Shown here: piece after piece, positions 29,267-37,635 of the stretch
How positions within the stretch are numbered: the first letter of the stretch is position 1
How the letters are laid out: the number at the start of each line of letters is the position of its first letter
DNA from: Bacillota bacterium
GTDB lineage: Bacteria; Bacillota; DTU025
Reading direction: 5' to 3'
Assembly: GCA_050951805.1 (NCBI GenBank)
Contig: JBMNJT010000008.1
Location: 1 to 64,000, forward strand
Length of the DNA stretch: 64,000 nt
The notes under the pieces: model-generated
Database searches by the model: none
The model's input: the letters and a program-made list of their open reading frames with translations, nothing else
Told to the model about the DNA's origin: nothing
Made by a program: the position numbers and the translations under genes

Positions 29267-30536
29267 CTGAAATCATGCTTTGGCGATAGGCTGTTGGCGA
29301 GATTCCTTCCATCCGCTTGAACGAGCGGCTGAAATGGGCGGGGTCTTGAAACCCCACTGCGGCAGAAACCTGTGCCACTGTGAGCTGCGGCATGGCCAGG
29401 AGGTGTTTGGCTTCGCTAATGCGGAGGGCTGTGAGGCAGTCCATTACCGACATGCCTGTTTCCTCCTTAAAGAGATGGCTCAGATGGGAGGGGCTGATAT
29501 GGACTGATGATGCTATGTCGGCCAAAGACAGTTTGGAAGCGAGGTTGCTTTGCATGAACCTAATGGCCTCCTGTACTTGCCCTGAGGGCGAATCAGGAGT
29601 ATCTTGGACGGCATCCATGAACTCGTCCATTACCCGCACGATCCAGAAACACACCTCTTCGAAAGTCTCGCAACGGGACAGATCTCCGATGGACTGGTAG
29701 TTGAGGCCGAGTATTCGTTCGGGGTCGGCGCCTGCTTCCACTGCGGCGCGGGCGAGGAAGACGGCAAGTTCGAGGAGACGGGCTTTGATGATGTCCGGGC
29801 GGTCAGGTTGACTCAGGAAAATATCGGCCAGGATCTCATTGAGCATCCGCTTTGCCTCCGTTCGCTGCCCGCTTCGGACTGCCGATAGGAGCTCTCTTTC
29901 TTGCTGAGGCGAATAGAGGCCGCGGATGGAAAACTGCTCTTCAATGCGCTTGCGTTCCTGGATGGCTTCGCCGAGGAGCCGCTGTTGCCTGTATATCTCG
30001 TTTCTCTGTTCGAGTGCTAGGTCCTCGGAGCGCACTATATAAGTGGATACTGCGAAGAGCAGTTCCGCAGCGGCCTGGACGCGGCGGGTTGTTACCTGCT
30101 CAAGCTGGGTAATGGCGGCTTCAAGTTGAGGAAGAGGAATATCAAGATCGCGGAGGCGTTCGACGGAATCGCGAATCAGATATTCGTCTGGCTCCCACAT
30201 GATGACCTGCCCGCAGATGACCGCGCCTAGCAGGGTACCGTCGCTCACCAGCGGCGCGGCCCAGCAGACGAGCCCGGCATGGCACTGGAAGACATAGAGA
30301 TCTCCGAGGTATGCGGCTTGCCTTGCGGCATATGCATACGACCTCGAACAGCGATTACGGCCTTCCTCGGAGGAACGGACCAGGCGGCAGAAGGCGCAGT
30401 CTTCCCATGTCCGGGAGGCTATGGCTGGCGCCCCGGTGGCTTTTACGATGCGCGCCGCTATCCCCGTGGCTTCTTTGAAGGATCGGAGGACGCGGGTGAG
30501 CGCGCCATCGGCCAAGATGTCGTCGAGACAGGTCAC
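29259..30536 (-). CDS. AraC-family regulator with N-terminal PocR sensory domain
   Basis: CAFC..VR..C..S, FQCHAGL..WAAPL (PocR); C-terminal double HTH (SPSHLSHLFK..GFQDPAHFSRSFK). Confidence 0.93.
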   Translation of the reverse strand: MTCLDDILADGALTRVLRSFKEATGIAARIVKATGAPAIASRTWEDCAFCRLVRSSEEGRNRCSRSYAYAARQAAYLGDLYVFQCHAGLVCWAAPLVSDGTLLGAVICGQVIMWEPDEYLIRDSVERLRDLDIPLPQLEAAITQLEQVTTRRVQAAAELLFAVSTYIVRSEDLALEQRNEIYRQQRLLGEAIQERKRIEEQFSIRGLYSPQQERELLSAVRSGQRTEAKRMLNEILADIFLSQPDRPDIIKARLLELAVFLARAAVEAGADPERILGLNYQSIGDLSRCETFEEVCFWIVRVMDEFMDAVQDTPDSPSGQVQEAIRFMQSNLASKLSLADIASSVHISPSHLSHLFKEETGMSVMDCLTALRISEAKHLLAMPQLTVAQVSAAVGFQDPAHFSRSFKRMEGISPTAYRQSMISAG

Positions 30537-30722
30537 TTGCTCAAACCTCCGTTTCTCAGTTCAACGTTCTGCGGCTCCCGTGCAATCTCCTTGAACGAAA
30601 GAAGAACAGCGGGAATGCGGAAGACCAATGCATGATTGTATGCGAAAATGCTGGCAAACCGGGTCCGCCACATAGATTCTCCATCCTTCTCGGATGGCTT
30701 CGTGGCGATTGCGTCGAAGTCG

Positions 30723-30778
30723 TTGACATTGCGTCCGCGCGGCCAGTAGAATGATAGTAGTAGTCAATATTACTACTA
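30723..30778 (+). promoter_or_regulatory. Promoter of the TrmB-family gene with palindromic operator (site 3)
   Basis: TTGACA (30723-30728)-N18-TAGAAT (30747-30752); TAGTAGT-N10-ACTACTA at 30755-30778. Confidence 0.8.
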
Positions 30779-30808
30779 CCCCATTTTTCGTCTGGAGGCA
30801 AGAGCAAA

Positions 30809-31663
30809 TTGGCTGGACTTGTTGAAACCCTGCAGGACATGGGCTTGTCCCTTAATGAAGCCAAAGCGTATCAAGCGCTTCTGCGCTATGGCGCTGCCAA
30901 CGGTTATGAAGTGAGCAAGCGGTCGGGGATCACGAGGTCTGTCGTTTATGGCGTCCTCGACAGGCTTCTCGAGAAAGGATTCGTTCTGCAAGTCGATTCC
31001 GATCCGGTGATGTACGCTCCGTTGCCCCCTTCTCAGCTGTTGAAGGAATACAGGGAACTCTATGATAGAAACCTCGACAACCTGGAACGTTCTCTCAAGC
31101 AGATGGAGTCCGGCGTGTCGGAGGAAAGCTACATACTGGGCGTGGCCGGATATGAGGACACTATCCGCAAGGCCCGTGAGCTTATCCGCGGGACGAAGCA
31201 TGAGGTCGTTGTCTCTGCTTGGGGGAGCGACTGTGTTCCTCTCAAGGAGGAGCTGGAGGCTGCGGAGGGCGCGGGACGAACCGTGATCATATTCTGCCAC
31301 ACGAAGGTTCCATTCTCGGTAGGAACCATATACGAGTATGGGCTTGCAGAGGACATCATCAAGGAGAAATGGCCGAACCGGCGCATTATTGTGGCAACCG
31401 ATTGCAGGAATGTGCTGGTGGGTGATATCAGGCATGATGAGAACCTTGGTATTGTAACGACAAATCCTATGATTGTGCAGATGGCAGTCGAACACGTGAT
31501 CCTTGACATCCTCCATTTAGCACAGCTCAAGGCAGGGATCGGGGATCTTGCCGAGCAAATTCAGAGCGGTGCAGATTACCTCAGGGTCATAGAAGATCAG
31601 CATGCCAAGCTCGATCTTGGTGGGGCGGTGCTGCCCACGCCGGTTCCATTGCCATCTGACTGA
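30809..31663 (+). CDS. TrmB-family sugar-sensing transcriptional regulator
   Basis: LQDMGLSLNEAKAYQALL..GYEVSKRSGI.RS.VY.VL..L.EKG wHTH plus effector domain; GGAGG RBS. Confidence 0.92.
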   Translation: MAGLVETLQDMGLSLNEAKAYQALLRYGAANGYEVSKRSGITRSVVYGVLDRLLEKGFVLQVDSDPVMYAPLPPSQLLKEYRELYDRNLDNLERSLKQMESGVSEESYILGVAGYEDTIRKARELIRGTKHEVVVSAWGSDCVPLKEELEAAEGAGRTVIIFCHTKVPFSVGTIYEYGLAEDIIKEKWPNRRIIVATDCRNVLVGDIRHDENLGIVTTNPMIVQMAVEHVILDILHLAQLKAGIGDLAEQIQSGADYLRVIEDQHAKLDLGGAVLPTPVPLPSD

Positions 31664-31812
31664 GCAGACCTCGATAAGTTTGGGTCTGCATTGCCCGCAA
31701 TTCAGAGCCTAGCCGCCCGGTTAGGCCAAGGTACTTCTCGCGAATTATATTCAGTCTGCTTGACAGACACCTGGTCCTGTGGGGGACAGGGTGAAGCATC
31801 GCGGAGGTGTAG

Positions 31813-32973
31813 ATGGGCCAAATGAACTGCACTACTATGGACATCCCCGATGACCTTGTGGCTCGGGCCAAAAGGGATCTTGCTGATGTGTGGGAAGGAA
31901 GAAGCATAGAGCCTGTGATCCTGCTTGCCCCGGAGGATCCAGCGCTGCCCGACTACTCGGTGGCCGAGAGGATGGAAGATCCGGAAAAGGATCTGGAATA
32001 CCAGTTGGCTTCCGCTCATTGGGATCTCGCCTGCCTTCGGGCAGGCTTTTGCAATATTCCATCGATATGGCCGTACATGGGCGTGGGCGTAATCCCCTCA
32101 GCATACGGTTGCGAGATAAGGATAACTCCCGGAGAAGACCCGTGGACCATCCCTATCACAGATGACCCCGACGATGTGTATCGGCTGAAAAAGCCTGACC
32201 TGGCGCGATCGGGACTTGCCGCCAAGGTGCTCGATAGGATCGGCTATTTCTCCGAGATGACCGGGGGCACTGTGCCGATTAGGCTCACAGACGTGCAATC
32301 TCCTATGGATACTGCGACTCAGATCCTAAATTACGAGGAACTGCTAATAGCGATGTACACCGCTCCTGATGCAGTTCACTTCCTTCTCGAAATGGTGACC
32401 GATTCACTGATCGAGTTCGTCCGGATGCAGGAAGCGAGGGCGGTCAATTTCTTCGGCCATACCCATGTCAACCTTTGGCGGCCACGAGGCATCTATGTGA
32501 GCGACGACGTGACAGCCGTGGTATCGCCCCAGCATTACCGCGAGTTCATGAAAGCCCCTAACGAGCGTCTCTCCCGCGCTTTCGGAGGCATATCCATCCA
32601 TTGCTGCAGGGGGTACGAGCAAAATCTCATGGAAGTGGCGAACCTCGAGGGCTTCATGAGCTTTGACGCTGATAGCCACTACAACAGCATCGATTCCATA
32701 GGAAGCGCTCTGACTGCTGTGGACGGCTGCCCAAATTGGGGCGGGGCGGGCGAGGAAAAGCCGTTGCGTGAAGACGAGAGGCGATCCAGGGGCATTTGGC
32801 ATGCTTGGGCAGAGAATGCAGATGAAGCCATCTACAGGGTCCGGGCTGCCCGGCGCTGGGGATTCGGGATAATTCTCATGCTCAAGTGCGGCGGCGTGGC
32901 GGAAGGCGTGGAGGCTGCCAGGGAGATTCATCGGGCCACAGAGGGAGGAGTGTGGTTGACTGATGAGGATTGA
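31813..32973 (+). CDS. Divergent URO-D-fold corrinoid methyltransferase-like protein
   Basis: SAYGCE, DVQSPMD.A, MYTAPDAVH, SDD..VVSP..YREF..P, IHCC. Confidence 0.8.
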   Translation: MGQMNCTTMDIPDDLVARAKRDLADVWEGRSIEPVILLAPEDPALPDYSVAERMEDPEKDLEYQLASAHWDLACLRAGFCNIPSIWPYMGVGVIPSAYGCEIRITPGEDPWTIPITDDPDDVYRLKKPDLARSGLAAKVLDRIGYFSEMTGGTVPIRLTDVQSPMDTATQILNYEELLIAMYTAPDAVHFLLEMVTDSLIEFVRMQEARAVNFFGHTHVNLWRPRGIYVSDDVTAVVSPQHYREFMKAPNERLSRAFGGISIHCCRGYEQNLMEVANLEGFMSFDADSHYNSIDSIGSALTAVDGCPNWGGAGEEKPLREDERRSRGIWHAWAENADEAIYRVRAARRWGFGIILMLKCGGVAEGVEAAREIHRATEGGVWLTDED

Positions 32974-33690
32974 CCCCCTTTGTTTGGGGCAGCGTCGGCC
33001 GAGCCTGTATTCTAGCTCGTTGATCTAAGGATCTGTTTGCATGGGCGCGTCCAGTCTTCGGAGGCAGTGGGCAAGATGCAAGATCGAGCAGAGCGAGGCA
33101 TGCTGCCCCAAACACTCAAAATGGGCGGCTATCGCCATATCAAGAACTCGTCAGATGGGCCGTAAAGCCCTTGGCTTGGGTTCGTATTCGGATACCAGAG
33201 AATGTCGAATCATGAAGATGCGGGCAGGGCTTGTGGAATCCCCTTTCGCAGGGAGAAGGTAAACCTTCGAGGTGGCTATGGCAGCAAGATCCTAGCCAGC
33301 GACCGGCTAAGATGACATAGAGGTCCCGGCAAACTGGCAGCTTCACGTGTGCGATGCGCCTATTTGCACCAACCCTTTCAAGAACAATCCCCTTCTGTCT
33401 CGGCTGAGTCGGATTGCCATGTTAAGGCCGCAAAGAGGGCCTTCTGGCGGGCATAGTGCATATACATGGAAAACACAGCACAGACTGGCAAGGACTTTGT
33501 TAGCGACCTATGCAAATCTCCGGGCGATACGGGAGAGATGGTCCATCGCGTTCGCAGAAGTGATTATTGTTAATGTGCAGGAATTCTATGACTGGCATAG
33601 AACTATACTGCTAAAAGAGGATTATACAAGCTTCGAATGGTCTCGGAAATTACCGGAAACAAGGGATGAGCAAACGGAATTGATTGTGAT

Positions 33691-33714
33691 CTTTGTTTAG
33701 AAGCTAAATTATAG
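33691..33714. promoter_or_regulatory. Putative ROK-family operator upstream of the gal operon
   Basis: CTTTGTTT-N7-AAATTATA; first 12 nt identical to 42308-42319. Confidence 0.5.
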
Positions 33715-33741
33715 TGAAGATTTCATGAGGGAGCACGGACA

Positions 33742-33948
33742 ATGATTAAGAAGAAAATACGCAAGGATGACGGCAGATATCTCATATATTACTCGTTCCC
33801 CCTAAACGACGGGAAAGGCGGGGATGAGTATCTAGCTATTCGGGGAGATGATGAGGGAGGGGTGACGGACAGTGTCGGAGATGCGGTGGAACCCTGTGCT
33901 CAAGCAATGGGTCATAACTGCAACCCACAGGCAGGAAAGGACGTATAA
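33742..33948 (+). CDS. Small hypothetical protein upstream of galT
   Basis: GAGGGAG RBS, ATG, KDDGRYLIYYSF motif; 3' part overlaps galT. Confidence 0.45.
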   Translation: MIKKKIRKDDGRYLIYYSFPLNDGKGGDEYLAIRGDDEGGVTDSVGDAVEPCAQAMGHNCNPQAGKDV

Positions 33949-34930
33949 GCCTCCCGAAGACTTCTGTCCGTTGTGCCCTACACGGGATACATCATTTCCA
34001 ACGGAAGTGCCTGATTATAGCTACGAGATTGTGGTTTTTGAAAACAAGTTCCCTTCTTTCCGGCATGTTCCGCCTGAACCGGCAGTGGAAGGCACCGGCG
34101 TCCTCAGAGTCCAACCCGCACAGGGCATTTGCGAAGTAGTCCTCTACACAGACGAACATCACACCACATTTGCAGACCTCGATATTGACCACATCACAAA
34201 CCTTATTGCAGTATGGACAGACCGATATAGCGAGCTCGGATCGATCGATTACGTAGATTATGTCCTCATATTCGAGAACAAGGGGGATGCTGTAGGAGTG
34301 ACCCTCCATCATCCCCATGGGCAGATCTATGCGTTCCCATATATCCCGCCGATACCTGCGAAAGAGCTCGAGTCGGCCGAAGAGTACCGCGACGCTACCG
34401 GAAGGTGCCTTTTTTGCGACATTCTTGAGCAGGAGCTTGATGACGGGAGGCGGGTGATCGCCGGCAACTCGCATTTCGCGGCTGTCGTGCCTTTCTACGC
34501 CCGATATCCATATGAGGTCCACGTTACATCGAAAAGCCACAGGTCATGCTTGCCCGATCTTGACGGCGATGAGAGGAGATCGCTTGCTGAAATCTTGAAA
34601 TCAGTGACGCGCGGTTACGATCACCTCTTTGGATTCTCCCTTCCTTACATGATGATCATGCACCAAGCTCCGACCGCGAAAGGCGACTGGAGCCATTGCC
34701 ATTTCCATATAGAGTTCTACCCCCTTCATCGAACTGCCACGAAAATCAAATACCTGGCGGGTTGCGAGTCGGGAGGGGGCACTTTCATAAACGACACGCT
34801 TCCAGAGGAGACAGCTGAAGAACTGCGTACAGCTATCGAACGCGCAACTTCTGCTGATGCGGCTTTGGCCTGTTCTTGTGAAACGACGGAAGGAGGCGTC
34901 AGAGGGGGCAGAGCTGGTGGCGGTAGATAG
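33872..34930 (+). CDS. galT: Galactose-1-phosphate uridylyltransferase
   Basis: CPLCP, FENKFP, FENKG..VG..LHHPHGQ (HPH nucleophile), AGCE. Confidence 0.96.
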   Translation: MSEMRWNPVLKQWVITATHRQERTYKPPEDFCPLCPTRDTSFPTEVPDYSYEIVVFENKFPSFRHVPPEPAVEGTGVLRVQPAQGICEVVLYTDEHHTTFADLDIDHITNLIAVWTDRYSELGSIDYVDYVLIFENKGDAVGVTLHHPHGQIYAFPYIPPIPAKELESAEEYRDATGRCLFCDILEQELDDGRRVIAGNSHFAAVVPFYARYPYEVHVTSKSHRSCLPDLDGDERRSLAEILKSVTRGYDHLFGFSLPYMMIMHQAPTAKGDWSHCHFHIEFYPLHRTATKIKYLAGCESGGGTFINDTLPEETAEELRTAIERATSADAALACSCETTEGGVRGGRAGGGR

Positions 34931-36185
34931 CGGGTGGCTTCTTGACCAGTTCCGACAAGAGTTCGGTGAGTTTGCAGACGGCGAGGTTCGTATCGCCCGG
35001 GCGCCTGGAAGGGTAAACCTCATCGGTGAACATACTGATTATTCAGGCGGATTTGTGTTACCCGTGGCCATAGGACACGATGTCGCCATCGCGTTCAGTG
35101 CGCGCACCGACAGGAATGTGAGCCTCTATTCGTGTGATTATCATCAAAGGACCCAGTTTTCGCTGGACGAAATCCTTCCTTCGGCAGATGCCGGGTGGAG
35201 CAACTACTTCCGAGGGGTAGCATGGGCTCTTGAGGGATGCGAATACAAGGGAAAAGTGGAACTGAAGTTCTCGGGCAACGAGGGCGAGCTCAGGCTTTGC
35301 GGACTTGATGCAGTCATATCAGGCGATGTGCCCGAAGGGGCGGGGCTCAGTTCATCGGCGGCTTTCGAGGTGGCTTCCGCCATTTCCCTTCTTGCTGCGG
35401 CAGGAATCGATGTTGCCCTTATAAACGCTACCCAATCCCGATGCGGACTCGAGCTTAGGCGTTGGATAGCCTTGGCCTGCCAGCACGCTGAAAACAGCTT
35501 TGTAGGGGTTAACTGCGGAATCATGGACCAGATGGCATCCTGCATGGGACGGGCGGATCACGCAGTCTACTTGGATTGCAGAAACCTCCGGCATGAAGAG
35601 GTAGAACTGGGGCTCGGCCGGGCCGAGGCGGCGCTGGTAATCTACGACACGGGCATAAGGCGCGGGCTCGTCGACTCAGAGTACAATCACCGGAGGCAAG
35701 AGGTAGAGCTGGGCACAAGGATGATATCGGGGGCATTGAGGCGCGACGACATCCGGACCCTTCGAGATATCGACATTGCCCTATTTGACGAGATAAAGGG
35801 GATTCTCCCCTCTACAGTGGCCCGCCGCTGCGAACACGTGATAGCCGAGAACGAGAGAGTTCAAGGCGGCGTGGAGGCGCTAAAACGGGGTGATCTTGGA
35901 GCTTTCGGAGATTTGATGTGGCAGTCTCACGAGAGTCTGAGGGATTTGTATGGGGTTAGCTGTCCCGAACTGGACATGGCGGTTGAAATTGCCTGGAAGA
36001 CCGATGGAGTCCTCGGAGCGCGAATGACCGGGGCCGGCTTTGGAGGATGCACTGTGAGTCTCGTGCACTTGGAAGCCTTGCCTCACCTGATGGAAGCGCT
36101 TCCTGACGCTCCGATGCGTTACGGGGCCGTGCAACCCAAAACATTTGTAGTGGATGTGGTGGATGGGGCAAGGATCGAGGAATGA
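34917..36185 (+). CDS. galK: Galactokinase
   Basis: APGRVNLIGEHTDY, PEGAGLSSSAA, CGIMDQ, GARMTGAGFGG; start GTG 34917 chosen on RBS. Confidence 0.96.
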   Translation: MAVDSGWLLDQFRQEFGEFADGEVRIARAPGRVNLIGEHTDYSGGFVLPVAIGHDVAIAFSARTDRNVSLYSCDYHQRTQFSLDEILPSADAGWSNYFRGVAWALEGCEYKGKVELKFSGNEGELRLCGLDAVISGDVPEGAGLSSSAAFEVASAISLLAAAGIDVALINATQSRCGLELRRWIALACQHAENSFVGVNCGIMDQMASCMGRADHAVYLDCRNLRHEEVELGLGRAEAALVIYDTGIRRGLVDSEYNHRRQEVELGTRMISGALRRDDIRTLRDIDIALFDEIKGILPSTVARRCEHVIAENERVQGGVEALKRGDLGAFGDLMWQSHESLRDLYGVSCPELDMAVEIAWKTDGVLGARMTGAGFGGCTVSLVHLEALPHLMEALPDAPMRYGAVQPKTFVVDVVDGARIEE

Positions 36186-36297
36186 CTGGATCTGTCATGG
36201 AGGTGGTGCCGGGAGGGTACGTGCGTTATTGATGATAATGCGGCGTTTGGTGTAGTTGGATTTGCCAGCTGTATCAATTAAAGACGGAGGGATATGA

Positions 36298-37557
36298 ATG
36301 AGGACATCAAGATGGTTCAAGCTTGCTGCGATGTGCGCGGCGATCGTTCTGATGTTTTCCTCAGCCGCAGATGCGGCCGTCCGTGGGAAACTCGAGATCT
36401 TCTCATGGTGGGCTGGAGACGAAGGCCCTGCTCTTGAAGCGCTGATAAGCAAGTATGAGAAGATGTATCCGGGAGCGACTGTCATCAACTCCACGGTGAC
36501 CGGGGGATCGGGAGTCAATGCCAAGGCCGTTCTTAAGACCAGGATGCTCGGCGGCGATCCGCCGGATACGTTCCAGGTCCACGCGGGCCAGGAATTGATC
36601 GGCACTTGGGTTGTGGCCAACAGGATGGAGGATCTTACGTGGCTGTATGAGCAGGAGGGCTGGAACAAGGTATTCCCGGCGGACTTGCTCAATCTGCTCA
36701 GCACCGACAAGGGAATATGGTCGGTGCCTGTGAACATCCACCGTTCAAACGTGTTGTACTTCGTTCCCGGCAATCTTGCCAAATGGGGCGTTGGCGTGCC
36801 AAATACATGGGATGAGTTCTTGGAGATCGCGCCAAAGCTCAAGGCAAAAGGAGTTATTCCGCTGTCAGTGGGCGAGAACTGGACCGCCACTCACCTGTGG
36901 GAAAGTGTAGCCCTCTCGGTGCTAGGCCCTGTCAAATGGGAGCAGCTGTGGAACGGCAAACTCTCCTGGCGAAGCCCTGAAGTCATCCGGGTGTGGGAAC
37001 TGTTCGGCGAAATCTTGAAGTACACTAATACCGATGCGCCATCCCTCTCATGGCAGCAGGCCACTGATATGGTGGTCAAGGGTGAGGCCGCGTTCAACAT
37101 CATGGGAGACTGGGCTTCGGGATACATGACAACTACCCTCAAGCTCAAACCCGGAACCGGGTTTGGGTGGGCGGCATCCCCGGGCACCAAGGGCATATTC
37201 ATGATGCTCTCTGATTCGTTTGGCCTCCCGGTCGGTTGCAAGAACAAGGAGAATGCGATTGCATGGCTGAAGATGCTCGGAAGCCGTGACGGGCAGGACA
37301 CCTTCAACCCGCTTAAGGGCTCGATCAGTGCCAGAACCGACTCGGATCTGACGAAATACGATGCATATCTGCAAAGCGCTGCGCGCGACTGGAGGACGAA
37401 TAAGATCGTCGGCTCTTTGGCTCACGGAGTCGTGGCCAATGAGAGGTTCATGAATGACTTTGCCACGGTCATGGACATCTTCCTGAGCACGAAGAACGCT
37501 CAGGCTGCAGCAAACGCTGCCCAGGCAGTGGCGATTCAGGCCGGAATAGGGAAGTAG
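36298..37557 (+). CDS. Glucose/galactose-type ABC substrate-binding protein
   Basis: [43 protein letters not shown]; closely resembles the Thermus thermophilus glucose/galactose-binding protein as I recall it. Confidence 0.92.
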   Translation: MRTSRWFKLAAMCAAIVLMFSSAADAAVRGKLEIFSWWAGDEGPALEALISKYEKMYPGATVINSTVTGGSGVNAKAVLKTRMLGGDPPDTFQVHAGQELIGTWVVANRMEDLTWLYEQEGWNKVFPADLLNLLSTDKGIWSVPVNIHRSNVLYFVPGNLAKWGVGVPNTWDEFLEIAPKLKAKGVIPLSVGENWTATHLWESVALSVLGPVKWEQLWNGKLSWRSPEVIRVWELFGEILKYTNTDAPSLSWQQATDMVVKGEAAFNIMGDWASGYMTTTLKLKPGTGFGWAASPGTKGIFMMLSDSFGLPVGCKNKENAIAWLKMLGSRDGQDTFNPLKGSISARTDSDLTKYDAYLQSAARDWRTNKIVGSLAHGVVANERFMNDFATVMDIFLSTKNAQAAANAAQAVAIQAGIGK

Positions 37558-37579
37558 GAAGGTTGTTCTACATAGAACG

Positions 37580-37619
37580 GGCGCAAGGCCCGCCGCCTGA
37601 GGGCGACGGGCCCTGCGCC
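37580..37619 (+). terminator. Intercistronic stem-loop after binding-protein gene
   Basis: GGCGCAAGGCCCG.CGCC / GGCG.CGGGCCCTGCGCC inverted repeat. Confidence 0.5.
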
Positions 37620-37635
37620 TGCAAGAAGAAGGACG

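Noticed and set aside
30540-30720. Cobalamin riboswitch near the corrinoid cluster
   Set aside because: GGGAA is present but I see no B12-box (GCCACTG / AGYCAG) or matching helices
13985-32973. URO-D-fold genes as hemE (haem synthesis)
   Set aside because: They lack the RQAGR motif, carry His/Cys metal motifs and sit with corrinoid rather than tetrapyrrole genes
33041-33700. ORFs between the last methyltransferase-like gene and galT
   Set aside because: No RBS or recognisable motifs; probably non-coding
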